Source: Candidatus Versatilivorator sp.
GTDB lineage: Bacteria; Acidobacteriota; Terriglobia; Versatilivoradales; Versatilivoraceae
NCBI GenBank assembly: GCA_965207735.1
Contig: OZ242296.1
Coordinates: forward strand, 3,104,001 to 3,168,000
Direction of reading: 5' to 3'
DNA: 64,000 nucleotides
In this document: piece after piece, positions 20,732-30,254 of the stretch
Position numbering within the stretch: position 1 is the first letter of the stretch
How the letters are laid out: every line of letters starts with the position of its first letter
Made by a program: the position numbers and the translations under genes
The notes under the pieces: model-generated
The model's database searches: none
What the model saw: only the letters and a program-made list of their open reading frames with translations
Told to the model about the DNA's origin: nothing

Positions 20732-21442
20732 ATGATCATGCCCCCCGGCGTTGACCTTGCCAGAATCGCCGACCTGCGCCGCCTGCAGGCAGAGATTCCC
20801 GAATGCCGTCTGTGCCCTCGTTTGAATGCCTGGCGCGACCGGACCGCTCGAGACAAGGTGGCCCGATTCCGGCATTGGGACTATTGGGGTCGACCCGTGC
20901 CAAGCCTGGGGCGAGACGACGCCCGCCTGTTGGTGGTGGGACTGGCTCCGGCGGCACACGGGGCAAACCGAACCGGCCGCATGTTTACCGGAGACCGAAG
21001 CGGGGAGTGGCTCTATGGCGCCCTTTATCGACATGGCTTTGCCAGCCATCCCCAATCCAGCCACCGACACGATCCTCTGAGACTGATTGACTGCTACATC
21101 ACTGCCGTCATCCACTGCGCTCCTCCGTCCAACAAGCCCAGCCAGCAGGAGATCCGGAATTGTCGTCCCTACCTGCAATTCGAATGGGAGCAGTTGACCC
21201 GGGTGCGGGTGGTGCTGGCGTTGGGCCGGATCGCTTTCGATAACGTCTGGGACACTCACCGCGGAAACAGCCGCAAGGGGCGTCCCCGCTTCGGACATGG
21301 CATCGAGGTCCCCCTGGGCGACGACCGCCTGCTGCTGGCGTCCTTTCACCCCAGCCAGCAGAACACCTTTACCGGGAGGCTGACCCAACCCATGTTCGAT
21401 TCCGTCTTCCGGAGAATTCGGCAGGTGATCGATGCCCAGTGA
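20732..21442 (+). CDS. uracil-DNA glycosylase family 5 (UdgB-like, Fe-S)
   Basis: [44 protein letters not shown]. Confidence 0.92.
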   Translation: MIMPPGVDLARIADLRRLQAEIPECRLCPRLNAWRDRTARDKVARFRHWDYWGRPVPSLGRDDARLLVVGLAPAAHGANRTGRMFTGDRSGEWLYGALYRHGFASHPQSSHRHDPLRLIDCYITAVIHCAPPSNKPSQQEIRNCRPYLQFEWEQLTRVRVVLALGRIAFDNVWDTHRGNSRKGRPRFGHGIEVPLGDDRLLLASFHPSQQNTFTGRLTQPMFDSVFRRIRQVIDAQ

Positions 21443-21506
21443 TAGAATGGCGGAGCTTCTCCTGAAATATCCGACCTGAAGCTGTCCCTCCCAGGGAGAT
21501 GGAGCC

Positions 21507-22778
21507 TTGAAGAAAAATTCGCTCGACGACCAAAAACTGCCGCGGCGTTCCCTGCTCAAGGGCACCGCCGGAATGATCGGGTTGGGTGCGACCCAGGCTG
21601 CCGCATCGGGAGGCGCACCCTCAACCGCCACCGCCTCTCCCGTGGGGCCCAAGGGAGCACGCGCCCGGGAACTCATGCGCATCACCCGGTTGGAGACCTT
21701 TCTGGTGAAGCCCCGCTGGCTGTTCCTGAAGATCCACACCAATGCGGGCATCGCCGGCTGGGGAGAACCGATCCTGGAGGGCCGGGCCCGGACCTGCGCC
21801 ACCGCCATCCAAGAGTTGGAATCCTACCTGATCGGCAAGGACCCGCGGGCGGTGGCCCACCACTGGCAGGCGATCTACCGTCATGCCTTCTATCGCGGAG
21901 GTCCCATTCTCACCAGCGCACTGAGCGGCATCGATCAGGCGCTTTGGGATATCAAGGGCCAGGCCCTGCAGGTTCCCGTTTACGAGTTGCTGGGGGGGCC
22001 GACCCGGCAGCGGATACGAGTGTATGCCCATGCCGGCACCCCCGAGGCATTGAAGGAAAAAATGCAGCAGGGGTTTACGGCCTTCAAGACGGGGCCGGCC
22101 AAGAAACGCCCTGCCCGCCCGGTGGAAACCCCTCAATTCGTGGACCACGCCGCCGAGAAATTCGCCGAATTGCGCCAGGCCGCCGGGCCGGAGGGAGATA
22201 TCGGCATCGATTTTCACGGGGCCATTTCCCCCCAGACGGCCAAACTGCTCATCAAGGCGCTGGAACCCTACCAGCCCATGTTCATCGAAGAGCCGGTCAA
22301 TTGCCAGAACGTGGAGGTCATGGCCGATATCGCCAGGGGCACCCACTTACCCATCGCCACCGGGGAGCGCATCTTCACCAAGTGGGGTTTCAGGGAAATT
22401 CTGGAGAAGGGAGCGGCTTCGATCCTGCAACCCGACCTGTGCCATGCCGGAGGAATTACCGAGGTTCGCCTCATTGCGGGAATGGCGGAGGCCCACTACG
22501 CCACGCTGGCCCCCCACAATCCTTTGGGACCCATTTCCCTGGCCGCCGGACTGCAGATCGCGGCCTCGATTCCCAACTTTCTTTGCCAGGAGCAGGTAAG
22601 CCTGGGCGAGGGCTATCTCAAGAATCCCTTCCAGGTCCGGGAGGGCTACATCGATCTGCCGAAGGGTCCGGGGCTGGGGATTGAAATCGACGAGGAAGCC
22701 CTGGCTTCGAAGATCGGCCACGACTGGCACAATCCGGAAACCTACGACGCCGACGACGGCTCGGTAGTGGATTGGTAA
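21507..22778 (+). CDS. dgoD: galactonate dehydratase-like enolase-superfamily protein with Tat-like leader
   Basis: KPRWLFLKI, GWGEP, FYRGGP, IDFHG, FIEEP, ATGER, APHNPLGP, DGSVVDW. N-terminal RRSLLKG. TTG start after GGAG. Confidence 0.85.
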   Translation: MKKNSLDDQKLPRRSLLKGTAGMIGLGATQAAASGGAPSTATASPVGPKGARARELMRITRLETFLVKPRWLFLKIHTNAGIAGWGEPILEGRARTCATAIQELESYLIGKDPRAVAHHWQAIYRHAFYRGGPILTSALSGIDQALWDIKGQALQVPVYELLGGPTRQRIRVYAHAGTPEALKEKMQQGFTAFKTGPAKKRPARPVETPQFVDHAAEKFAELRQAAGPEGDIGIDFHGAISPQTAKLLIKALEPYQPMFIEEPVNCQNVEVMADIARGTHLPIATGERIFTKWGFREILEKGAASILQPDLCHAGGITEVRLIAGMAEAHYATLAPHNPLGPISLAAGLQIAASIPNFLCQEQVSLGEGYLKNPFQVREGYIDLPKGPGLGIEIDEEALASKIGHDWHNPETYDADDGSVVDW

Positions 22779-22830
22779 AAAAACAGCCAGGACGCCGCCG
22801 GCGCACACAACGCTCGCGTCTTCGCCCTGT

Positions 22831-25008
22831 CTATCTCACGAACAGCATGTCCCGATAGTTCGGCAGCGGCCAGAGATCGTCCGGAATCACCTTCTCCATC
22901 CGGTCGGCCACATCGCGCACAGCGTTCATGGCGGGAATCACGTTGTTGCGCATGTGGATCACCTTCGACGATACCTCGTCGCCACCGAGTTCCTCGTTCT
23001 GCGCGTCCAGCGTGCCCAGCGCCTCCGTCAGTTCGTCGATGAGGCCCGAAACACGCTCGATGCTGCTGTCGAGGCCACTCGTTCCGACCCCCGCCACCTG
23101 CGTGCCGCCCCGAGCCGAAACCAGCCGGTTCAGGTAGGTGACCGCTGCCGGCAGGATCATGCAGCGTGCCATGTGCGCGGCCGTCTCGCCCTCGATGTTG
23201 ATCTTGATGAAGTACTGCTCGGTCAGCACCTCCAGCCGGGCCTCGAGCTCGCGGGACGTCATGACCCCGTACTTGTCGAAGAGATGCTCGTTCTTGCCCG
23301 CGGCAAGCGCGGGAAGCGCCTGCACCGTATTCCCGGAATTGAGCAGTCCGCGCCGCTCGGCCTCCTCCACCCACTCGGGCGCGTAGTTGTCGCCGTTGAA
23401 GATGATCCGCTTGAACGACGGGATCTCGTTGGAGAGCAGCTTCCAAAGCGCGGTATCGACGGACGCCCCCGACTCGACCACCGCTTCAAGCACGTCGGCC
23501 CAGAGGTCTATGGACTCGGCCACGATCGTGTTCAGTACCGTTGCCGGCAGCGAAATGCTGGCCGAAGAACCCACCGCGCGGAACTCGAACTTGTTCCCGG
23601 TGAAGGCGAAGGGCGATGTGCGGTTGCGGTCGCCGAAGTGGCGGGGCAGGTCGGGCAGCACCGAGACGCCCAGGCCGACGAGGCCTTCCCGTTGCTTCTC
23701 CTCCGCCGAGCCCGACTCCTCGATCTGCTCGAAGATGTCCTGCAACTGGTCGCCCAGGAAGACCGAGATGATCGAGGGAGGGGCTTCGTTGGCGCCCAGA
23801 CGGTGGTCGTTCCCTGCGGTCGAAACGCATGCCAGCAGCAGATCCTGGTGCTTCTCCACCGCGCTCATGACCGCGGTACAGAAGAAGAGAAACATCAGGT
23901 TGTCGTGGGGAGTGTCCCCCGGGTCCATCAGGTTTCGGTCCGCAGTCCCGAATGACCAGTTGAGGTGCTTGCCGCTCCCGTTGATCCCGTGGAAGGGCTT
24001 CTCGTGCAGCAGGCACACCAGTCCATAGTCGCGCGCGTTCCGCTCCAGGATCCGCATTGTCAACTGTTGATGGTCGGACGCTACGTTGGCGTTCTCGTAG
24101 ACCGGCGCCACCTCGTACTGCCCCGGCGCCACCTCGTTGTGGCGCGTCTTCATCGGGACGCCCAGACGGTAAAGATCCATCTCGACGGCCTGGATGTAGG
24201 CCATTACCCGATCGTGGATTGAACCGAAGTAGTGGTCGTCGAGCTCCTGCCCCCTCGGCGGCTTGGCTCCGAAGAGGGTACGGCCGCAAGTCATCAGGTC
24301 CGGGCGGCGGTAGTAGAACTCGCGGTCCAAAAGGAAGAACTCCTGCTCGGGACCCAGGCTGGCCGTGACCCTTCCGGCCTCCAGGCCGAAGATCTTGAGT
24401 GCGCGTCGCGTGACCCGGTCAAGCGCGTCCATCGACCGGAGCAGGGGGATCTTGGCGTCGAGACTTTCGCCTGCCCAACTGGAGAAGGCAGTCGGAATGC
24501 ACAGGTAGGTGGCCGACTCGCCGCCCAGAATGAAGGCCGGCGAGGTCGGATCCCAAGCGGTGTAGCCGCGGGCCTCGAAGGTGGCGCGGAGCCCCCCGGA
24601 AGGAAACGAAGATGCGTCAGGCTCGCCCTGAACGAGCTCGTCGCCCCCGAAATCGGTAATCGCGCGCCCGTCGCGATCGACCTTCAGAAAGGAGTCGTGC
24701 TTCTCCGCGGTGCTCCCCGTGAGCGGCTGGAACCAGTGCGTATAGTGGGTGGCGCCCCGCGAGAGCGCCCAGTCCTTCATGGCGGCGGCGATCGTATCGG
24801 CACTCCTTATGTCCAGCGTTTCCGCGTGCTCAATGGTCCTCATAAGCTGCTTGAATACGTTGTCCGGCAGCCGCGCGCGCATCTCCTTCACCCCGAAGGT
24901 GTCTTCCCCGAAGATTCGCGGTAGGAGATCGCGGTCTCCCGACCGGGATTCCGACCTGCCACTCCAGGAATGCACTGCGCTAACGGAGTCGAAGCGTTTC
25001 TGTGTCAT
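22831..25008 (-). CDS. glnN: glutamine synthetase type III
   Basis: THYTHWFQPLTGSTAEKHDSF, GEPDASSFPSGGLR, HNEVAPGQYE, NGSGKH, DRNRTSPFAFTGNKFEFR, WPLPNY. Start set at ATG 25008 after GAGG. Confidence 0.95.
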   Translation of the reverse strand: MTQKRFDSVSAVHSWSGRSESRSGDRDLLPRIFGEDTFGVKEMRARLPDNVFKQLMRTIEHAETLDIRSADTIAAAMKDWALSRGATHYTHWFQPLTGSTAEKHDSFLKVDRDGRAITDFGGDELVQGEPDASSFPSGGLRATFEARGYTAWDPTSPAFILGGESATYLCIPTAFSSWAGESLDAKIPLLRSMDALDRVTRRALKIFGLEAGRVTASLGPEQEFFLLDREFYYRRPDLMTCGRTLFGAKPPRGQELDDHYFGSIHDRVMAYIQAVEMDLYRLGVPMKTRHNEVAPGQYEVAPVYENANVASDHQQLTMRILERNARDYGLVCLLHEKPFHGINGSGKHLNWSFGTADRNLMDPGDTPHDNLMFLFFCTAVMSAVEKHQDLLLACVSTAGNDHRLGANEAPPSIISVFLGDQLQDIFEQIEESGSAEEKQREGLVGLGVSVLPDLPRHFGDRNRTSPFAFTGNKFEFRAVGSSASISLPATVLNTIVAESIDLWADVLEAVVESGASVDTALWKLLSNEIPSFKRIIFNGDNYAPEWVEEAERRGLLNSGNTVQALPALAAGKNEHLFDKYGVMTSRELEARLEVLTEQYFIKINIEGETAAHMARCMILPAAVTYLNRLVSARGGTQVAGVGTSGLDSSIERVSGLIDELTEALGTLDAQNEELGGDEVSSKVIHMRNNVIPAMNAVRDVADRMEKVIPDDLWPLPNYRDMLFVR

Positions 25009-25333
25009 CGCCGGGGTATCCTCATCTCTAAAGGTTGGGGCTATCCGCAAGCCGCGGCAGCACTTCGGACCGGGAACCGATTCCGCCGCATCCACTCAAT
25101 GAACGCCCGCACAGGTGATGCGAAGGGTTGGCCGCTTTTTTGAGGTTTTCCAGGGGGCGAACATAAGATCGCCCCATCAACTGAAAAACTCTGTCCCTGT
25201 TCTTTGAGCCGCACCGCAGAAGAATTCTACCGCATCACGTGGTTATTTTCCGACATTCTGGGAAAAAGAGAAGTCTTTGGGGAAATGTCCAGCAATAGCA
25301 ACGACCCGACAGTCCCGTTTCCCCTGATCCACT

Positions 25334-26716
25334 TCAACTCGAACTCGGACCCTCCTCTTTCCCCGTCCGGCGGAGCTTGGCAATCTTCTCCCGCCAGGTG
25401 CGCAACCGCTGGCGGATGACTTCCTCGAATCCCTCCCCCGAAGGCTGGAAGTATCTTCGGTCCTTCAGTGACTCCGGAAGACAGCTCATGGAGGTCAGCC
25501 GATCGGCAAAATCGTGGGCGTACTGGTAGCCCTTGCCGTAGCCCATAGTCTTCATGAGTTGGGTGGGGGCATTGCGCAGGTGCAGGGGAACCGGCTCGGC
25601 AAGGGTGTGCTTCACGTCCTGGACGGCCGCGGCGTAGGCTCGATCCAGAGCATTGGACTTGGGAGCGGTGGCCAGGTAGACCGCCGCCTGAGCCAAGGCC
25701 AGGGTCCCCTCGGGAAGACCAATGAAGTGGAAGGCCTCCTTGGCCTGCACGGCCACGGTCAGGGCGTGGGGGTCGGCCATGCCGACGTCCTCGGAGGCAA
25801 AGCGGACCAGGCGCCGGGCAACGTATAGCGGGTCTTCTCCCGCCTCCAGCATGCGGGCCAACCAGTAGATTGCAGCATCCGGATCGCTGTTGCGGAGCGA
25901 TTTGTGCAACGCCGAGATAAGGTTGAAGTGTTCCTCGCCGGCCTTGTCGTAGAGAAGCACCCGCCGCTGCATCGCATCTCTGACCAGCTGTTCGCTGATC
26001 CTTTTCGGGCCGGGTTCCTCGGCTGGAGCCATCTGAGCGGCAATTTCCAAGGTGTTGTAGGCCACCCGGGCGTCTCCGTTGGCAAGGTCGGCGATGATGG
26101 CGAGGTGAGCGTCCTCAATTTCGATCGGGTCGGCCCCCATTCCACGTTCCCGGTCCGTCAGAGACCGGCGAAGCAGTTGGACTACTTCCCGGGATGACAG
26201 AGGTTCCAGTTGGTAGACCTTGCAACGGGAGAGCAGGGCCGGATTCACCTCGAAGGAAGGATTCTCGGTGGTGGCGCCGATCAGGACGATGGCGCCGGTC
26301 TCGACATAGGGCAGAAAAGCATCCTGCTGGGCCTTGTTGAAACGGTGAATTTCGTCGATGAACAGCAGGGTCCGGCGTCCGGAACGCCGGTTCCGCTCCG
26401 CCTCCTGCATCACCGAGCGGATCTCCCTGATCCCTGAAAGGACCGCGCTGAAGGGAACGAAGTCCATACGGGTGCCGTGGGCGATGATGCGGGCCAGCGT
26501 CGTCTTGCCCGTACCCGGCGGACCCCAGAGAATGAGGGAGCCGATGCGGTCTTTTTCCAGTAGCAGGCGCACCGGCTTGCCGGGACCGACCAAGTGTTGC
26601 TGGCCCACGAAGTCCTCCAGGCAAGTGGGCCGCATCCGGTCCGCCAGGGGAGCCCCCTCGCCCGCCGGCGCCTGCCGGTGCGAGGCGAATTCGGGAAAGA
26701 GATTCATGGAGCTCAT
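25334..26716 (-). CDS. rarA: replication-associated recombination protein A (RarA/MgsA)
   Basis: [48 protein letters not shown]. Confidence 0.95.
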   Translation of the reverse strand: MSSMNLFPEFASHRQAPAGEGAPLADRMRPTCLEDFVGQQHLVGPGKPVRLLLEKDRIGSLILWGPPGTGKTTLARIIAHGTRMDFVPFSAVLSGIREIRSVMQEAERNRRSGRRTLLFIDEIHRFNKAQQDAFLPYVETGAIVLIGATTENPSFEVNPALLSRCKVYQLEPLSSREVVQLLRRSLTDRERGMGADPIEIEDAHLAIIADLANGDARVAYNTLEIAAQMAPAEEPGPKRISEQLVRDAMQRRVLLYDKAGEEHFNLISALHKSLRNSDPDAAIYWLARMLEAGEDPLYVARRLVRFASEDVGMADPHALTVAVQAKEAFHFIGLPEGTLALAQAAVYLATAPKSNALDRAYAAAVQDVKHTLAEPVPLHLRNAPTQLMKTMGYGKGYQYAHDFADRLTSMSCLPESLKDRRYFQPSGEGFEEVIRQRLRTWREKIAKLRRTGKEEGPSSS

Positions 26717-26717
26717 G

Positions 26718-27551
26718 CTACAACGGCTGACCCGGTCCTGTCGATTGCGGGAAATTTCCGGGACAGTCTCTCTGCCTGGCGGCTTCGCACAAGAGGATGG
26801 CGGCTGCCGTCGCCACATTGAGCGAATCGACCCCTTTGGCTGTGGGCACCCGGATTTCGGCATCGAAGGCTCCCAGACCGGGAGGAATTCCCCGACCCTC
26901 GCTCCCGACCACCAGAGCCAGGCCTCCCTGGTAATCGGCCATTCTGAAGTCGGTTCGCCCGTCCGGCATGGCCGCCATCAAGCGGATCCGGCTCCGCCGC
27001 AGCCGTGCAAACAGGGATTCGGGAGCCGACGGGCCGGCAAGGGGAAGCCGGAAGAAGGAACCGGCGGAAGCTCGAATGGCCTTGGGGTTGAGAGGACTGA
27101 CGGTGTGGGTGGTGAGCAGAAGCGCGGTGGCCCCGAAGGCCTCGGCCGAGCGGGCCAGCGTTCCCAGGTTTCCCGGGTCCTGCACCTGGTGGGCTATCAG
27201 CAGCAGAGGATCGCCGGCCAGCATGGGATCCAGGGAAGCAGCCGGGATGCGCACAATGGCCAGGATTCCCTGGCTGGTCACGGTATCGGAAAGGGCATGA
27301 AACAGTTTGTCCGAGACCCCACAGAGATCGGCCCCCGCCCCTTCCACCCAGTTCTCTTCCCTGAAGGCGGCCATCTTGCTGGAGGCCACCAGGATCTCCT
27401 CGACCTCGAGACCGCTGCGGCAGGCCTCGCGCACCAGCTTGGGTCCCTCGACCACGGCCAGGGCGTCGCCGTCCAGGGGAGAGCGGCGCATCAGCGCCCT
27501 CAACCGCTGGATCCTTCGATTCGAGGAGGAGGTGATGGTCTCAGGGCTCAT
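26718..27551 (-). CDS. TrmH/SpoU family RNA methyltransferase
   Basis: VEG, QDPGNLGTLARSA, GSEGRG, DSLNVA (SPOUT motifs). Confidence 0.92.
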   Translation of the reverse strand: MSPETITSSSNRRIQRLRALMRRSPLDGDALAVVEGPKLVREACRSGLEVEEILVASSKMAAFREENWVEGAGADLCGVSDKLFHALSDTVTSQGILAIVRIPAASLDPMLAGDPLLLIAHQVQDPGNLGTLARSAEAFGATALLLTTHTVSPLNPKAIRASAGSFFRLPLAGPSAPESLFARLRRSRIRLMAAMPDGRTDFRMADYQGGLALVVGSEGRGIPPGLGAFDAEIRVPTAKGVDSLNVATAAAILLCEAARQRDCPGNFPQSTGPGQPL

Positions 27552-27730
27552 CGATGGTTCTCGGCAGGGAAGCCGCTTCAGCCTGAGGCGGCTGCGCGGT
27601 GGGTGGAGGATGAGTTCGGAGGACGCCGTTGGCGGCGGTTGGAGACCTCTTGACCCCCCTCTCGTTCCGGCCGTGCCGCGCTCTCGCGGACGCGTTGACC
27701 CACCTGGGTGTTTATGTTAGTTTCAGCTTG

Positions 27731-28369
27731 ATGCTAACGCAAAGAATCAAACTTCAGGGAGGCAGCGCGGACCAGACTGCGCTCGAGACCGCCTCGGCAG
27801 CCATTCTCGACGGCCACCTGGTCGCGCTCCCGACCGAAACCTTCTATGCACTGTCCGCGGATCTCTATAACCTGCGAGCCGTAGAGCGGATCTTTCAAAT
27901 CAAGGGACGACCGGACTGGAAAGCCCTGCTGGTGTTGATCGACACGGTGGATCAGGCTGAATTCATCTGTGAGAACATTCCACCGGTTTTCTACGAAATT
28001 GCAGCGAGTTATTGGCCCGGCCCGCTCACCCTCATCCTTCCGGCAGCCAAAAGGGTTCCCCTGAAGGTGACCGGGGGAACGGGAACGGTGGGCATGCGGA
28101 TTCCAGACCAATCCTTTACCCGGAGTGTCATTCACAGGGTTCGCCTACCCATCATCGGCACCAGCGCCAACCTGTCCGGACATCCTTCCTGTTCCACGGC
28201 GGAGGACGTGTTGAGCCAGCTCGGGGGCAAGATCGAGTTGGTTGTGGACTCCGGTGACTCCCCTGGAACGGCCCCTTCAACCGTTCTCGACCTGACCTCG
28301 AAACCGGCCCGGGTGGTTCGGAAAGGAGCCATCCCCAACGAAGTTCTGGCAGATTACCTCTCCCGGTAG
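27731..28369 (+). CDS. tsaC: L-threonylcarbamoyladenylate synthase (Sua5/YrdC)
   Basis: PTETFYAL, KGRP, WPGPLTL, TSANLSG, PSTVLD. Start set at ATG 27731. Confidence 0.92.
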   Translation: MLTQRIKLQGGSADQTALETASAAILDGHLVALPTETFYALSADLYNLRAVERIFQIKGRPDWKALLVLIDTVDQAEFICENIPPVFYEIAASYWPGPLTLILPAAKRVPLKVTGGTGTVGMRIPDQSFTRSVIHRVRLPIIGTSANLSGHPSCSTAEDVLSQLGGKIELVVDSGDSPGTAPSTVLDLTSKPARVVRKGAIPNEVLADYLSR

Positions 28370-28373
28370 AGTC

Positions 28374-29012
28374 ATGAAAGCCCGACGGAAGCGGTTTGCG
28401 TTCAAGGTCTTTGCCGGTTATCTCCCCTCCGCCGCCCTGATCTATGCTCTGGCCGTCTACGCTCTGGTCAGGACCGAGGCCAACCGGGACGACGCCCGGC
28501 CGGCCGGCCGCATCATCGTCTTCGGCGCCGCCCAGTATAACGGCCGTCCCTCGCCGGTCTTCAGGGCGCGGCTGGACCATGGCGTGGAGCTCTTCAAGAG
28601 GAGGCTCTCAAACCGGATCATTACGACGGGGGGATACGGTATGGACCCTCGCTTCACCGAGGCCGAGGTCGGCAAGGCCTACCTCATCCAGCACGGCGTC
28701 CCCGAGGACAGCATTGAAATTGAAGCCATCGGGCTCACCACCCTGGCCAGCATTCAGCAGATCGTGGAGGTCTTGCGCCGTCAGGGAATCCGGAAGGTGG
28801 TGGCGGTCAGCGACGGGTTCCACCTCTTTCGGATCAAGCAGATCTTCCAGGACCGCCAGATCGTCGTTTTCGGATCGCCCGTCCCCAACAGTCCCATCGA
28901 GTCGAACTGGAGGCGGCGCCTACAGGCTTCCCTGCGGGAGGTGGTGGGATACACCGTCTACGCCGCCCGCGAAAAGCTCCATCTGCCCATACCGGCCGGG
29001 GACCTAATGTGA
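28374..29012 (+). CDS. YdcF/DUF218 (SanA/ElyC-like) envelope protein
   Basis: N-terminal TM, FGAAQY, RLD, TGG, EAEV, SDGFHLFR, RE motif. Confidence 0.85.
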   Translation: MKARRKRFAFKVFAGYLPSAALIYALAVYALVRTEANRDDARPAGRIIVFGAAQYNGRPSPVFRARLDHGVELFKRRLSNRIITTGGYGMDPRFTEAEVGKAYLIQHGVPEDSIEIEAIGLTTLASIQQIVEVLRRQGIRKVVAVSDGFHLFRIKQIFQDRQIVVFGSPVPNSPIESNWRRRLQASLREVVGYTVYAAREKLHLPIPAGDLM

Positions 29013-29024
29013 ACCGGCGGGGGC

Positions 29025-29195
29025 CTTGTTTGAAACAACCGAAAAACGACAAGAGACAAAAGAAAAAAGACTTATCCACGAAGGGGCACGAAGAACGACG
29101 AAGGGCCACTAAGGCGCTGAGGTTAACCGCGACGGGGTACCAAGGTCGCGAAGGGATGGTCGATTTCAGATTGTTTCACTCTCGCATGATCCACC
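29025..29195 (+). repeat. repeat family A, single copy
   Basis: cttgtttgaaacaacc...ccacgaaggggcacgaagaacgacgaagggccactaaggcgctgagg...ttgtttcactctcgcatgatcc. Confidence 0.9.
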
Positions 29196-29224
29196 CCGTG
29201 CGGCGGGAGCCGGCTAACTACTAG

Positions 29225-29284
29225 TCACTCTTCACTCTCCACTCTCCACTCTTCACTCTCCACTCTTCACTCTCCACTCTCCAC
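29225..29284. repeat. heptanucleotide tandem repeat (YCACTCT) x8.5
   Basis: Counted directly from the sequence. Confidence 0.95.
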
Positions 29285-30157
29285 CGAACGGCCGGCGGCC
29301 GGGCCGTCAGCCGCAGGGTCCGCCGGCAGCATCCGCACGCTGGTTCCGAAACGCCGGTAATCGGAGAACTCGCCGGTCATGCGCATGTTGAATCCCTTGA
29401 GCAGAAATATCCGGCCGTTCATGGTAAGTTCGAACCGCCGCGGGAACCAGACCTCGTCCCGCAATTTCTCCTGCCGCACCCACAGGGTCGAGCCCTTGTG
29501 CAATCTGGCCACCAGCCCCCCGGCGACCTTCACGGGCTTGACGAACTCCATATCGACCTGAGTCACCTGCAGGTCCTGCCTGTCGATCCAGATCCGACCC
29601 TGGAGCTTGTCGAGAATCCAGAAATCCTTTTCGGCGGGCCGGTATTCCTGGTGGGGCAGCAGATCCACCACGGCCACGGCTCGACCCTCCAGCACTTCCT
29701 CACCCCGATAGCGAAAATGAAAGGCCCGCACGGCGTCCTCCCAGAATAGCGCCTCCTTGCGGCGCCGCTCGGCATGCTTGCGCTCCAGCCTGGCGTGGCC
29801 CGCGGGGGAAAGCTTTCTCTGGCGGCGCAGGCGGGCCTCTGCCTTCCTCTGCTGCTTCCGGGCCTCTTTCTCCGCTAGGGGTTGGCCGTTCCTGCGGATC
29901 AGCTTTCGGTAAACTCCATCGTCCAGCGGAATCACCTCGTAGGTGGAAGAGGTTCTTTTCTTTTCGCGGCCCTTTCGGTCGAGTATGATTCTGTCCCTTT
30001 GCAGGCGGTAGAAATAGCCCATCTCCCGGAATCTGTTCTTGCGCTCATTCTCGGCCACCTGGGCGACGAACCCGCGCAACTCGGCCTCCTGGTTCAAATC
30101 GACCGCTGCAAGCAGGATCGGGTTGGCCAGCAGGAAAGCCAGAACGGTCTTGAACAC
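29267..30157 (-). CDS. hypothetical exported protein (beta-rich)
   Basis: GTG at 30157 after GGAGG, signal peptide-like N-terminus, GRIWID...WFP...FSDYRRF pattern. Confidence 0.7.
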   Translation of the reverse strand: MFKTVLAFLLANPILLAAVDLNQEAELRGFVAQVAENERKNRFREMGYFYRLQRDRIILDRKGREKKRTSSTYEVIPLDDGVYRKLIRRNGQPLAEKEARKQQRKAEARLRRQRKLSPAGHARLERKHAERRRKEALFWEDAVRAFHFRYRGEEVLEGRAVAVVDLLPHQEYRPAEKDFWILDKLQGRIWIDRQDLQVTQVDMEFVKPVKVAGGLVARLHKGSTLWVRQEKLRDEVWFPRRFELTMNGRIFLLKGFNMRMTGEFSDYRRFGTSVRMLPADPAADGPAAGRSVESGE

Positions 30158-30254
30158 GTTGCCCTCCAAGGGTCGTTCAACCCCATTATGCCACGGGTAG
30201 CGCACCCCGACTGAACCGTCCGATCCGCGAACCGGTTCCGGTGAGAACCGATCC

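Noticed and set aside
25055-25106. Possible glutamine (glnA) riboswitch upstream of GS III: minus strand CGTTCA...CGGAA...CGAAG
   Set aside because: The 3' AACG needed to close P1 is absent. It would need a cmscan hit against RF01739 to be accepted.
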